NCBI GenBank assembly: GCA_016192905.1
Contig: JACPTG010000001.1
Span: forward strand, 357,005-421,004
Length of the DNA: 64,000 nucleotides
From: Candidatus Woesearchaeota archaeon
GTDB lineage: Archaea > Nanobdellota > Nanobdellia > Woesearchaeales > UBA10216
Direction: 5' to 3'
The notes under the pieces were generated by a model. That model was not told where the DNA came from and searched no databases. It saw only the letters and a list, made by a program, of their open reading frames with translations. Numbering within the stretch: the first letter of the stretch is position 1; the number at the start of each line of letters is the position of its first letter. Below are positions 55,864 through 64,000 of this stretch, piece after piece. The position numbers and the translations under genes are program-made.

Positions 55864-58800
55864 TCAGCTCAGCGTCCTGCAGCATAATCTGAACTTTGTG
55901 CTGTTTCCTGTGATGTTCAGCTGATACTGCTTATCATTAGTATTATTAATGTACTTCAGGTCGCTTCCAACCCAATCAGTCCTGCTGAATGTCTTCCAGC
56001 CAGTATCAGTACCATCAGTGTTATAATAAACCACGTTATAGTTGGCACCCAGCCCTCCAATGTTTGTCAATATGAGGGATATATTCCAGTTCTGAGTTGT
56101 GCTTGTGTTCCATCCCCAGGACTGCAGTTGTGATGTCTGATGGATAGTAAGGGCAGGACTTGTCTGTAGGTCAGCACTCTCATACCAAGGCTTAATGTAG
56201 TTCTTGAACCTTGATGTGTTTGCCACAACATTGTTGCCCGCCAGATCCTTCGCTGCAGCCCCATAAAGGGTAATATTCACGCCCACAGAGTCACCCTGCT
56301 GTATCTTCCGCACAGCAGCATCCTGGCCGCTGGTCAGCTTTATGAATATCGTGCTGCTGTTGGCAGGGACAAGGGTTGAATTCCCACCTCCCAGGTTTGC
56401 AACTCCGTCAGCAATGCTTCCATCAGTGTAGTTAAGGCTTACGCTGGTGAGCGTAACGCCTGTAACGTTGCTGTCCATCAGCTCATTAAAGCCAAGCGAA
56501 AGCAGCCTGGAAGACTCATTGTAAGTCCAGTTGGCCAAAATCGGGGCATTAGCGTCAACATGGATTGTGAAGTTTGTGGCATTGAATGCTGTGTTTGAAG
56601 CTGAATCATTGCAGAAGACATTCCACGCATAGTCCCCATCAACCCCGAACGTGAGGCTGAAGTTGTTGTTGCCGCCGGCCCCGCCACCTGACACGCTGAG
56701 GTTCGTGCCATTTGAGACCCAGGCATTGCCGCTTGAAGAGTTGGTGTAAATGCTGCAGTTCTGCGGGTTGGCATCCAGTACGGTATAGTTGAAGGTAACG
56801 GTAGCCCCCCTTCTTGAGTCACTCGAAGGGGCGACGAGCGCAACCCTTGTAACATTGACATCAACTGTGATTGAAAGGTTGCTCAGGTTTGAGTTTCCAG
56901 ACCAGTCAGTGACATTGACTGTGAAGTTAAGCAGGCCCTCAGCATAAGCGCTTACACTCACAGTCACGTTAAAGACCCCGCTCAGGTGAGCACTTCCAGC
57001 AAGCAGCGTGACATTAGTCATCCTGACAGTCGCATTGTAATTGCCTGTAGGCGCTGAACTGTTAATCCAGTAAACACTTACATTCTTGATGCCTGAAGCA
57101 GTGTCATTGGTTGAGATGTTTATGAGCAGGTTGTCATTCTCAAATCCGCCAGTCTGAGCAATAACGAACTTCAGGGTTGGCGCAAGATTATCAACCATTA
57201 TGGATATCTTCTCGGCAGTCTGCTGGTTTCCAGACCAGTCAGTCGCATTGACAGTAATGTTCACCATGCCATTCGCAAACTGGGTTGTGACGACTGTTGA
57301 ATTGAAATAACCAACAGTGCCATTGACTCCATCAGGGTTGCTGACATTGCTCATGGCCATAAGCGGGCCTTTCTGGGTTGTGCCTGCACTCTGGTTCTCC
57401 CAGTACCAGAACACAAACCTTATGCCTGAAACAGTGTCATTCACAGAGGCGTTCAGAAGGAGGACTGAGCCTGACTGGTTAGTCCCGTTAGCAGGAGAGA
57501 CTATTCCCACAGTTGGGGCGGTGCTGTCCACGATAAGCGTAACGTTTGAAAGCGCAGTGTTGCCAGCCCAGTCAGTCGCGTTGACAGTTATGTTTATTGC
57601 GCCTGCGGCAAAGGTGCTGACATCAACCGTAGCGTTGAATGTGCCGTAAGTGTTTGCAGTAACAGCCAAGGCAGTGACATTCGTCATCCTCTGAAGCGGG
57701 CCAGAGCCAGAACCGTTAATCCAATACCACGAAACATTCCTCAGCCTGCTGAAGCTGTCATTCACAGTGAAGTTAAGGACTGTTGTTGAGGTAACGTTAA
57801 TTCCTGTCAGGCTTATCCTTGTAAGGTTTGGAGCGACATTATCAATGGTAACTGATACGTTCGCGCCGGTATCATTTACATTCGCAGCCCAATCAGTGAC
57901 GTTAATGCTGATGAATGTAACGCCATTATCCAAAGTGGAAGGCACAGTTGCATTGAAGTTTCCAATGCTGCCATTAGGAGCAATGGGATTGCTGACATTG
58001 CTCATTCCGGTTGACGGGCCCCTGCTTGCATTAGCCCAGTACCAGAACACATACCTGATGCCTGAACCGGTGTCATTCACTGACGTGTTCAGCAGGAAGC
58101 TGCCTGACAGGTTGGCGCCTGAAACAGGATTAAGTATTGCGATGCTCGCATTCGTCCTGTCAACCCTAATCGTGAAGTTGGTAAGGTTTGCAGCGCCACC
58201 CCAGTCAGTGACATTCACTGTAATGTTCAACAAGCCGTCAGGGAAGCCTAAAGTATCTATAGTATAATTGAAAGTACTGTTCCTGACCGCAGTATCAGCG
58301 CCAACACTTACATTCGTCATCCTCTGAAGCGGGCCAGAGCCAGAACCGTTAATCCAATACCACGAAACATTCCTGACCAGGCTTCCGCCGTCACTTGCCG
58401 TGACATTCAACAGGAATATGTCTGATTGGTTGGATACAGCAATTACGGGCGAGAGTATTGTGCCATTAGGCCTTGTATTGTCAACCAGGACTGTTATATT
58501 CGTGACAGAGTAATTGCTCGTTCCTGCAACGTCTGTCACGTTAACAGTAAGATTCAAAGACGTGCCCTCGGCATAGGCTGAAACGTCCACTGACACTGAA
58601 TAGAAGTTTGTGCCAGCGGTCCTTGACATCGCAGTGGCAGGACCTAAACTTGAGCTGCCATTGGACTCATTCGCCCACTGATAAGTGGCCAGCCCCACTC
58701 CGCCGCCATCATCACTCAAGGTAACATTCAGGGTAATGGTTGCTGACACATTGCCGCCACTGGTCGGGGTGTTGGTCGCGTTGTAAAACGGCGTCTTTGT

Positions 58801-61131
58801 ATCAATAGTGACATTAAGCGGTGTATTCTCAGTCCCATTCGCCGCCCTGAGATTTGGCGTCCCGTCAGTTGCATTGATGATGAACTCAACAACATCGCCA
58901 TGGACAGCTGAAAGCTCAGAGGCAGCAGCAACATTTATGCTGGTGTTGCATATGTAAACAGGAGCGCTTGAGGGGAACAAAGAGCAGTTCATCACCTTAT
59001 TCCTCGTCCATGAGGAGAGACCAGGGGAATACACCCTGTAGAAAATTGTGGCATTCCGGCTAACATTAAAGTTTAGCTCGGTAACATTCACCGACCAAAT
59101 CCTCAGCCCAGTCCTGATGAATGACTGGCTTGCGGGGCTTGCATTGGTGATAATCGGCGGAGACTCGTCTGAAGTTATATTGACAGTAAAGTTTGAGAGC
59201 CTATAGTTTCCTGCCCAGTCGCTTGCATTAATGGTAATGTTGAGGAGGCCGTTGGCGAATGCGGAAGCGTCAATAGTAACGTTGTAGTCACCTGTCTGGC
59301 TGACGCCCTCAGCACTCCAGTCCGCGGACATGTTGCTGAGCAGCTGGTCACCTGTGAACTGCGCCTTGCTTCCTGAACTGTTAATCCAGTACCAAGAAAC
59401 GTTGGCTATGCCTGAGCCTGTATCGTTAACCGAGACATTCACGAAAAAGTAGCCTGTAACATTCCTTGTAATATTCACCTGCCGTACATTAGTCGGGAAA
59501 CGCCTTGACTCATAAGTTATGTTTACAATCCCAGCCACGGTCGGCGCTGTCTTGTCAACCACAAAGGTAAGGTTCTGCAAGACAGTGTTGCCAGCCCAGT
59601 CAGTTGCGTTGATTGTGATATTCTGAAGGCCATCGGCAAAGGCAGAGGCATCAACAGTGGCGTTGTAATGACCCCAGTTGTTTCCTGTGCCAGCGGCATT
59701 TGTAACATTAGTCATTATATTGGAAGGGCCATACCCTGAGCCATTAATCCAATACCAGGTCACGTTCCTAATTCCTGAACTATTGGTTGCAACAGCCCCT
59801 GTCTTGTTGGCCCAGACAGTAAAGTTAACCAGGATTGTGCTGCTGACATTAGTCGTATTGGCAGTGATGAGAGGATTTTGCCTCTGCAGGACAGGAGCCT
59901 TGTTATCAACCAGAAGGGTGATATTGATGCTCGTATTCACATTCGAGGCATTGTCAGTAACGTTTATTGATATATTGACAAGGCCGTCAATCCACGTTGA
60001 TGTGTCAAAGTCAACCCAGTAATGATGGGAAGCAGGCTGCCTTACCATGCTCTCAAACTCTCCTATATTCCTGGATGTGCCTCCAGTGCCATTCACCCAT
60101 GTGGCTGAAGCGTTATACACTCCGCCGCCGTCATCACTGGTGGTAATGTTAAGCGTGAACCTGCCTGACACGTTCAGGACAGTGCCTGCTGTGTTCGGGT
60201 TATCGTAGGCCAAGCTGGCGCCTGACGCTGATTTTGTGAGGTTAACCCTGGTGGAGTTAATAGTCGGGGTCCTGGTGTCCAGAGTCACTGTAAAGACCGG
60301 CGTATTATTGGTCCGGTTCCCGGCGTCAGAGAGGTTGAAATTATACTCAACCACATTTCCATGCGCCCCTGAAAGGCCAAGAACTGCCTGGACATTAACT
60401 TCAAGAGAGCAGTTATGGGCTGCAGTGTGAATGGCCGGGATGAAATTACAACTGGTGGCGTTGGACACGTAAGTGTCGGTTCCCTGCCTCCTGTAATAGA
60501 CAGTAACGTTGTTCGCATTCACCAGGTTATGCTCTGTAACGTTAATAGCGAAGATTACATTAGTCAATGAACTTACGTACGTGGCATTGTTCCAACTCTG
60601 GTTAACAAAAACAGGAGCGTAGCTGTCCACCTGGAACCTCTTGTATGACTGGTTCCGCGACTCATTCACAGTACCGTGCGACGCATTCGCCGCGACCGAG
60701 CAGAACCAATAGAATGCCTCTCCGCGGACAGGACCTATGCCTGAAAGATTAAACTGGACTTTCTTGCCGTTGCCTGAGCCATTGAAAATATTAGTGGCAT
60801 TGGACATGTCACTAACTGTCTGGTTCCTCAGGAATGTGCCAGTCATGTTGGTCCACAACGAAACATTTGTCAGGTTATCCGGACCAAAATTCTCATCAGA
60901 GTCCAACTTCACTTCACAGAAGAGCGAAATTGAATTGTTAGTGCTGTATGATGAGTTTGCAGGCGACTCAACATCAACCGCTGCAAAAATCAAAACTCCA
61001 AAGGCGAGAAGGCTTAAAAGCGATATTACAAGTATAAAAGGCCAGATGCTCCTTACTCCTGCAGACTTAAGATTCCTGAAACTCACAGCCCCAGAAACCA
61101 ACCGTCCACCCCTCTTTTCACCCCAAGGCAT
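55864..61131 (-). CDS. Giant secreted glycoprotein (1755 aa) with tandem Ig-like repeats
   Basis: Repeated NVSWYWIN...NITVNATDWAGN...VDxxAP units and very dense N-glycosylation sequons. Confidence 0.9.
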   Translation of the reverse strand: MPWGEKRGGRLVSGAVSFRNLKSAGVRSIWPFILVISLLSLLAFGVLIFAAVDVESPANSSYSTNNSISLFCEVKLDSDENFGPDNLTNVSLWTNMTGTFLRNQTVSDMSNATNIFNGSGNGKKVQFNLSGIGPVRGEAFYWFCSVAANASHGTVNESRNQSYKRFQVDSYAPVFVNQSWNNATYVSSLTNVIFAINVTEHNLVNANNVTVYYRRQGTDTYVSNATSCNFIPAIHTAAHNCSLEVNVQAVLGLSGAHGNVVEYNFNLSDAGNRTNNTPVFTVTLDTRTPTINSTRVNLTKSASGASLAYDNPNTAGTVLNVSGRFTLNITTSDDGGGVYNASATWVNGTGGTSRNIGEFESMVRQPASHHYWVDFDTSTWIDGLVNISINVTDNASNVNTSINITLLVDNKAPVLQRQNPLITANTTNVSSTILVNFTVWANKTGAVATNSSGIRNVTWYWINGSGYGPSNIMTNVTNAAGTGNNWGHYNATVDASAFADGLQNITINATDWAGNTVLQNLTFVVDKTAPTVAGIVNITYESRRFPTNVRQVNITRNVTGYFFVNVSVNDTGSGIANVSWYWINSSGSKAQFTGDQLLSNMSADWSAEGVSQTGDYNVTIDASAFANGLLNITINASDWAGNYRLSNFTVNITSDESPPIITNASPASQSFIRTGLRIWSVNVTELNFNVSRNATIFYRVYSPGLSSWTRNKVMNCSLFPSSAPVYICNTSINVAAASELSAVHGDVVEFIINATDGTPNLRAANGTENTPLNVTIDTKTPFYNATNTPTSGGNVSATITLNVTLSDDGGGVGLATYQWANESNGSSSLGPATAMSRTAGTNFYSVSVDVSAYAEGTSLNLTVNVTDVAGTSNYSVTNITVLVDNTRPNGTILSPVIAVSNQSDIFLLNVTASDGGSLVRNVSWYWINGSGSGPLQRMTNVSVGADTAVRNSTFNYTIDTLGFPDGLLNITVNVTDWGGAANLTNFTIRVDRTNASIAILNPVSGANLSGSFLLNTSVNDTGSGIRYVFWYWANASRGPSTGMSNVSNPIAPNGSIGNFNATVPSTLDNGVTFISINVTDWAANVNDTGANVSVTIDNVAPNLTRISLTGINVTSTTVLNFTVNDSFSRLRNVSWYWINGSGSGPLQRMTNVTALAVTANTYGTFNATVDVSTFAAGAINITVNATDWAGNTALSNVTLIVDSTAPTVGIVSPANGTNQSGSVLLLNASVNDTVSGIRFVFWYWENQSAGTTQKGPLMAMSNVSNPDGVNGTVGYFNSTVVTTQFANGMVNITVNATDWSGNQQTAEKISIMVDNLAPTLKFVIAQTGGFENDNLLINISTNDTASGIKNVSVYWINSSAPTGNYNATVRMTNVTLLAGSAHLSGVFNVTVSVSAYAEGLLNFTVNVTDWSGNSNLSNLSITVDVNVTRVALVAPSSDSRRGATVTFNYTVLDANPQNCSIYTNSSSGNAWVSNGTNLSVSGGGAGGNNNFSLTFGVDGDYAWNVFCNDSASNTAFNATNFTIHVDANAPILANWTYNESSRLLSLGFNELMDSNVTGVTLTSVSLNYTDGSIADGVANLGGGNSTLVPANSSTIFIKLTSGQDAAVRKIQQGDSVGVNITLYGAAAKDLAGNNVVANTSRFKNYIKPWYESADLQTSPALTIHQTSQLQSWGWNTSTTQNWNISLILTNIGGLGANYNVVYYNTDGTDTGWKTFSRTDWVGSDLKYINNTNDKQYQLNITGNSTKFRLCCRTLS

Positions 61132-61204
61132 TATATTTTGGCACCTCTACGAACAGGAAATGACTTGTGCTATCTTCTTTTTTCCAAAATAGATTGGCAC
61201 GCCT

Positions 61205-61221
61205 CTATTTAAAGCTTTTGG
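61205..61221 (-). promoter_or_regulatory. BRE/TATA promoter of the right surface-protein cluster
   Basis: CCAAAAGCTTTAAATAG, identical to 8228..8244. Confidence 0.7.
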
Positions 61222-61306
61222 TCAGCCATATCAATGCGGCGATGAACTAAATTAAGCGAACTTCATTAATGATAACTTTTTAATCCAGCCAGCCAAAAAG
61301 CCTGAA

Positions 61307-61651
61307 ATGATTAAAAACAGGAGCAAAAAAACCCTGCTGTGCGAAAAACACACAATAATAGAGGACATCCTTGTAATGAGCATAGGCCTGATGTTCCAAA
61401 GGCAAGTAAGCGAAGCCCTGGTCTTCAGGTTCAGGCACCCAACCCGGGCCTGCCTCCACATGATGTTTGTATTTATGCCAATCGACATAGTCCTCACCGA
61501 TGAGCAAGGCACTGTATTGGAGGTAAAGGAGAACTTCAGGCCTTTCACCATATATAATAGCTCCATGAAATGCCGCAACATAATAGAGGCAAAGGCCGGC
61601 GCGGTTAAGGAGAGCAGGACAACGCCTGGAGACAAGCTGGAGTTCGTATAA
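61307..61651 (+). CDS. DUF192 family protein
   Basis: GLMF...HMMFVFMPIDIV...IEAKAG...GD motif. Confidence 0.9.
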   Translation: MIKNRSKKTLLCEKHTIIEDILVMSIGLMFQRQVSEALVFRFRHPTRACLHMMFVFMPIDIVLTDEQGTVLEVKENFRPFTIYNSSMKCRNIIEAKAGAVKESRTTPGDKLEFV

Positions 61652-61767
61652 AGGCGCAGGCTAGTACCTAACAATACCCCAAACCATTCACCCTGCTGAA
61701 ATACCTGGAACCATGCAATCCTCAATCTAAAAGTATAAATACCACTCCAAACCTGCCAATCATTGAT

Positions 61768-61902
61768 GGGGATGTCGTATAAAGGATTAATTCCGTACTA
61801 CCTGGCATTATCGCTGGCTCCAGCTATGGAGCGATGAGCTAACAAGCGATGACCGACCATTGGCGATACCAGCTGATCGGAGTTCAAATCTCCGCATCCC
61901 CA
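61768..61902 (+). tRNA. tRNA-Trp(CCA) with two introns (18 nt at 15/16: 61783..61800; 44 nt at 37/38: 61824..61867)
   Basis: Acceptor GGGGATG/CATCCCC-A, anticodon stem GCTGG/CCAGC, GTTCAAATC T-loop, BHB-like junctions; TATA upstream. Confidence 0.9.
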
Positions 61903-61909
61903 TTTTTTT
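61903..61909 (+). terminator. Oligo-T terminator of tRNA-Trp
   Basis: T7 run directly after the discriminator base. Confidence 0.6.
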
Positions 61910-61949
61910 AATGCAAAGATATTAAAGGACAAACCTGAAAATTCCCTGC

Positions 61950-63101
61950 ATGAAACCCTTCCTCGCCGCAGTCGCAACGCTTGTAGGGGCAACTGTCGGG
62001 GCTGGAGTCCTCGGAATACCCTATGTAGTGTCCCAGTCAGGATTCTGGACAGGAATGGCTGTGATTGTTGCACTGGGAATTGCAACGCTAATCCTGAACC
62101 TGTACATGGGAGAAGTTGTGCTGAGGACAGAAGGAAACCACCAGATAAGCGGATACGCGGAGAAGTATACTGGGAAGCCTGGAAAGCTGCTTGCAGGCGC
62201 GTTCATGATATTCGGAATATACGGAGCGCTGGTAGCGTACATGATTGGAATAGGGAATGCAGCCGCAGCAGCACTTGGAGGAAACCACATACTCTACTCA
62301 CTGGCATTCCTTGCCATCGGCTCACTTGTAGTGATACGCGGAATAAAGTCGCTTGGCTTGGCTGAACTCCTCATCACAAGCCTAATGGTAGCCGTGGTCA
62401 TGCTGATACCCTTATTTTCAGCAAGCAACCTGCAGATAACAAACCTCCATGGATGGGACACGCAAAAACTTATGGTCCCCTTTGGAGTTGTGCTCTTTGC
62501 CTTCATGGGCTCTGCGGCGATACCTGAAATGAGGGAAGAGCTGGGGAGGAACAGGAAGCAGCTCAGGAAGGCGATAATAATCGGGACGCTGATACCGCTT
62601 GTAATTTACATCCTGTTTGCTGCTGTGGTGGTTGGGCTTGTTGGAGACGGCTTCAGCTCGCTAAAAGAAGATGAGCGCATTGCAACAATAGCCCTCAAGC
62701 TGTTCGTCCAGCCTGAAATAGCATTACTGGCAAACCTGTTTGCAGTGATTACCATGACAACCAGCTTCATGGCACTTGCATACGCGCTGCGGGGAACGCT
62801 CCAGTATGACTTCAAGGCAAACAAAAAGGCCGCAATAGCGGCAACATTGCTGGTTCCCCTTGCAATCTTCCTCATAGACGCCCTCGCGGCCGACATAACC
62901 AGCTTCATAGGCATACTCGGAACCGTAGGGGCTGTGACTGGCGGGGTGACCGGAATACTGATAGTGGCAATGCACTGGAAGGCTGCCAAAAGCAAGGGAA
63001 GAAAGCCAGAATTCTCACTAAAGCCGAACATTGCAATTGCAGCGGCGCTCATTCTTATATTCGCCGCAGGGATAATAAACGAGCTCAGGCACTTTCTTTA
63101 G
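61950..63101 (+). CDS. Aromatic amino acid permease family (HAAAP/TyrP-like) transporter
   Basis: GATVGAGVLGIPY, PFGVVLFAF, TTSF motifs; many TMs. Confidence 0.9.
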   Translation: MKPFLAAVATLVGATVGAGVLGIPYVVSQSGFWTGMAVIVALGIATLILNLYMGEVVLRTEGNHQISGYAEKYTGKPGKLLAGAFMIFGIYGALVAYMIGIGNAAAAALGGNHILYSLAFLAIGSLVVIRGIKSLGLAELLITSLMVAVVMLIPLFSASNLQITNLHGWDTQKLMVPFGVVLFAFMGSAAIPEMREELGRNRKQLRKAIIIGTLIPLVIYILFAAVVVGLVGDGFSSLKEDERIATIALKLFVQPEIALLANLFAVITMTTSFMALAYALRGTLQYDFKANKKAAIAATLLVPLAIFLIDALAADITSFIGILGTVGAVTGGVTGILIVAMHWKAAKSKGRKPEFSLKPNIAIAAALILIFAAGIINELRHFL

Positions 63102-64000
63102 GCCTTCTTCGAACAAACTCAAGAACTCCAATAACAACAAACAAAATAACCAATCCTGCAACCACAAACATCCAATAATCCTTCAGCCAGGAGCCCACAA
63201 ACCTGGCAGCAGCTGGCAACGCAGACTGGTTGCCTGACTGATTGCCTGCTGAACCGGCCCCTTCAGGGGCCACGTAAGAAGTAATGGCAGAGCCCTCCTG
63301 GGAAGGCGACTGGGATGATGCGTTGCGGCTGAAGTTAAGCCTTGGCAGAGACTCAGAAAGCCTGGACCAATTTATGCCAGGGAAGGCACTAAAATTGGAA
63401 TCGCCTGAAGCGGACTCATTCCTGCCTGAAAAAGCCGGCGAAAAACGATACAGGAGAAAAACAACCAGCAGCACCACGAAAACAGCAGCCAGCAGCTTCA
63501 GAATGGCCCAACCTGACAAGCGGACTTTCCTTTCAGCAGGAGCCTGCCTTACGCCAGGCTCCTCAAATTTTTTCTCCCAGTAATAAGGCCTTTCGTCCTT
63601 CACCTTGGGGGCAGCACGCCTCCTTCTCAGGAGCAACGCAAGAATTACAAGAATAAGAAAAAGCCACCACATCAGCACAACCAAAACCCAAAAGGGAAAT
63701 TCAGACGGCCTGGTTTCCTTAGGGACAGCAGACTCATTTGCAGCAGGGCAGGACTCGCTGAAGTTCACTACAAAAGGAGTATAACCCGTGAATGCGCTGC
63801 TCTGCGCAGAAACAGACAGGAAAAACTGGCCAGGCCTCAGGCTGCAGTCAGGCCTGAAAAGCACGGCAAACTCAGCCTCACCGCCAGGGGCGAGCCTTAA
63901 ACTGGCGGGAACAACCACAGCGCCTGGATGGTCCACGCCAAAATCAAAAGTGTCTGAAAAGCCGCCAGTGTTCCTAATCCTGTAGACATACGCGAAAGAC
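63085..64000 (-). CDS. Membrane protein with Ig-like N-terminal part; 5' end outside the window
   Basis: Frame stays open upstream of GTG 63936 to the window edge (YRIRNTGGFSDTF); three TM segments. Confidence 0.8.
   Translation of the reverse strand, partial: SFAYVYRIRNTGGFSDTFDFGVDHPGAVVVPASLRLAPGGEAEFAVLFRPDCSLRPGQFFLSVSAQSSAFTGYTPFVVNFSESCPAANESAVPKETRPSEFPFWVLVVLMWWLFLILVILALLLRRRRAAPKVKDERPYYWEKKFEEPGVRQAPAERKVRLSGWAILKLLAAVFVVLLVVFLLYRFSPAFSGRNESASGDSNFSAFPGINWSRLSESLPRLNFSRNASSQSPSQEGSAITSYVAPEGAGSAGNQSGNQSALPAAARFVGSWLKDYWMFVVAGLVILFVVIGVLEFVRRRPKESA

Overview
Archaeal chromosomal window, most consistent with a DPANN lineage such as Woesearchaeota (rpl37ae-rpoP-pcc1-pfdB operon, aIF5B, Trm1, aEF-1beta, RtcA, intron-containing tRNAs, PGF-pre-PGF and DUF5752-like proteins). 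Family calls come from motifs read by eye, not from database searches. The left end holds a ~2197-codon Cys-rich surface-protein gene (3..6593, minus) that the ORF track misses. At 8.3-14.3 kb is a tandem array of secreted Pro/Thr-rich proteins, two with divergent M23-type (putative peptidoglycan hydrolase) domains, built from near-identical duplicated spacers. An AAA/DUF4143 ATPase gene occupies one copy of a palindromic site whose twin is empty. Next is tRNA-Pro, whose 3' end recurs twice around a toxin-antitoxin module. The middle is mostly housekeeping genes, TA modules and ORFans, including a divergent RelA/SpoT-like protein. A 17-kb surface-protein cluster (44.1-61.1 kb) includes an M4/M36-like protease, followed by a two-intron tRNA-Trp. 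Three copies of an unannotated ~75-nt GTAG-initiated structured intergenic repeat lie at 16.6, 32.6 and 53.8 kb.
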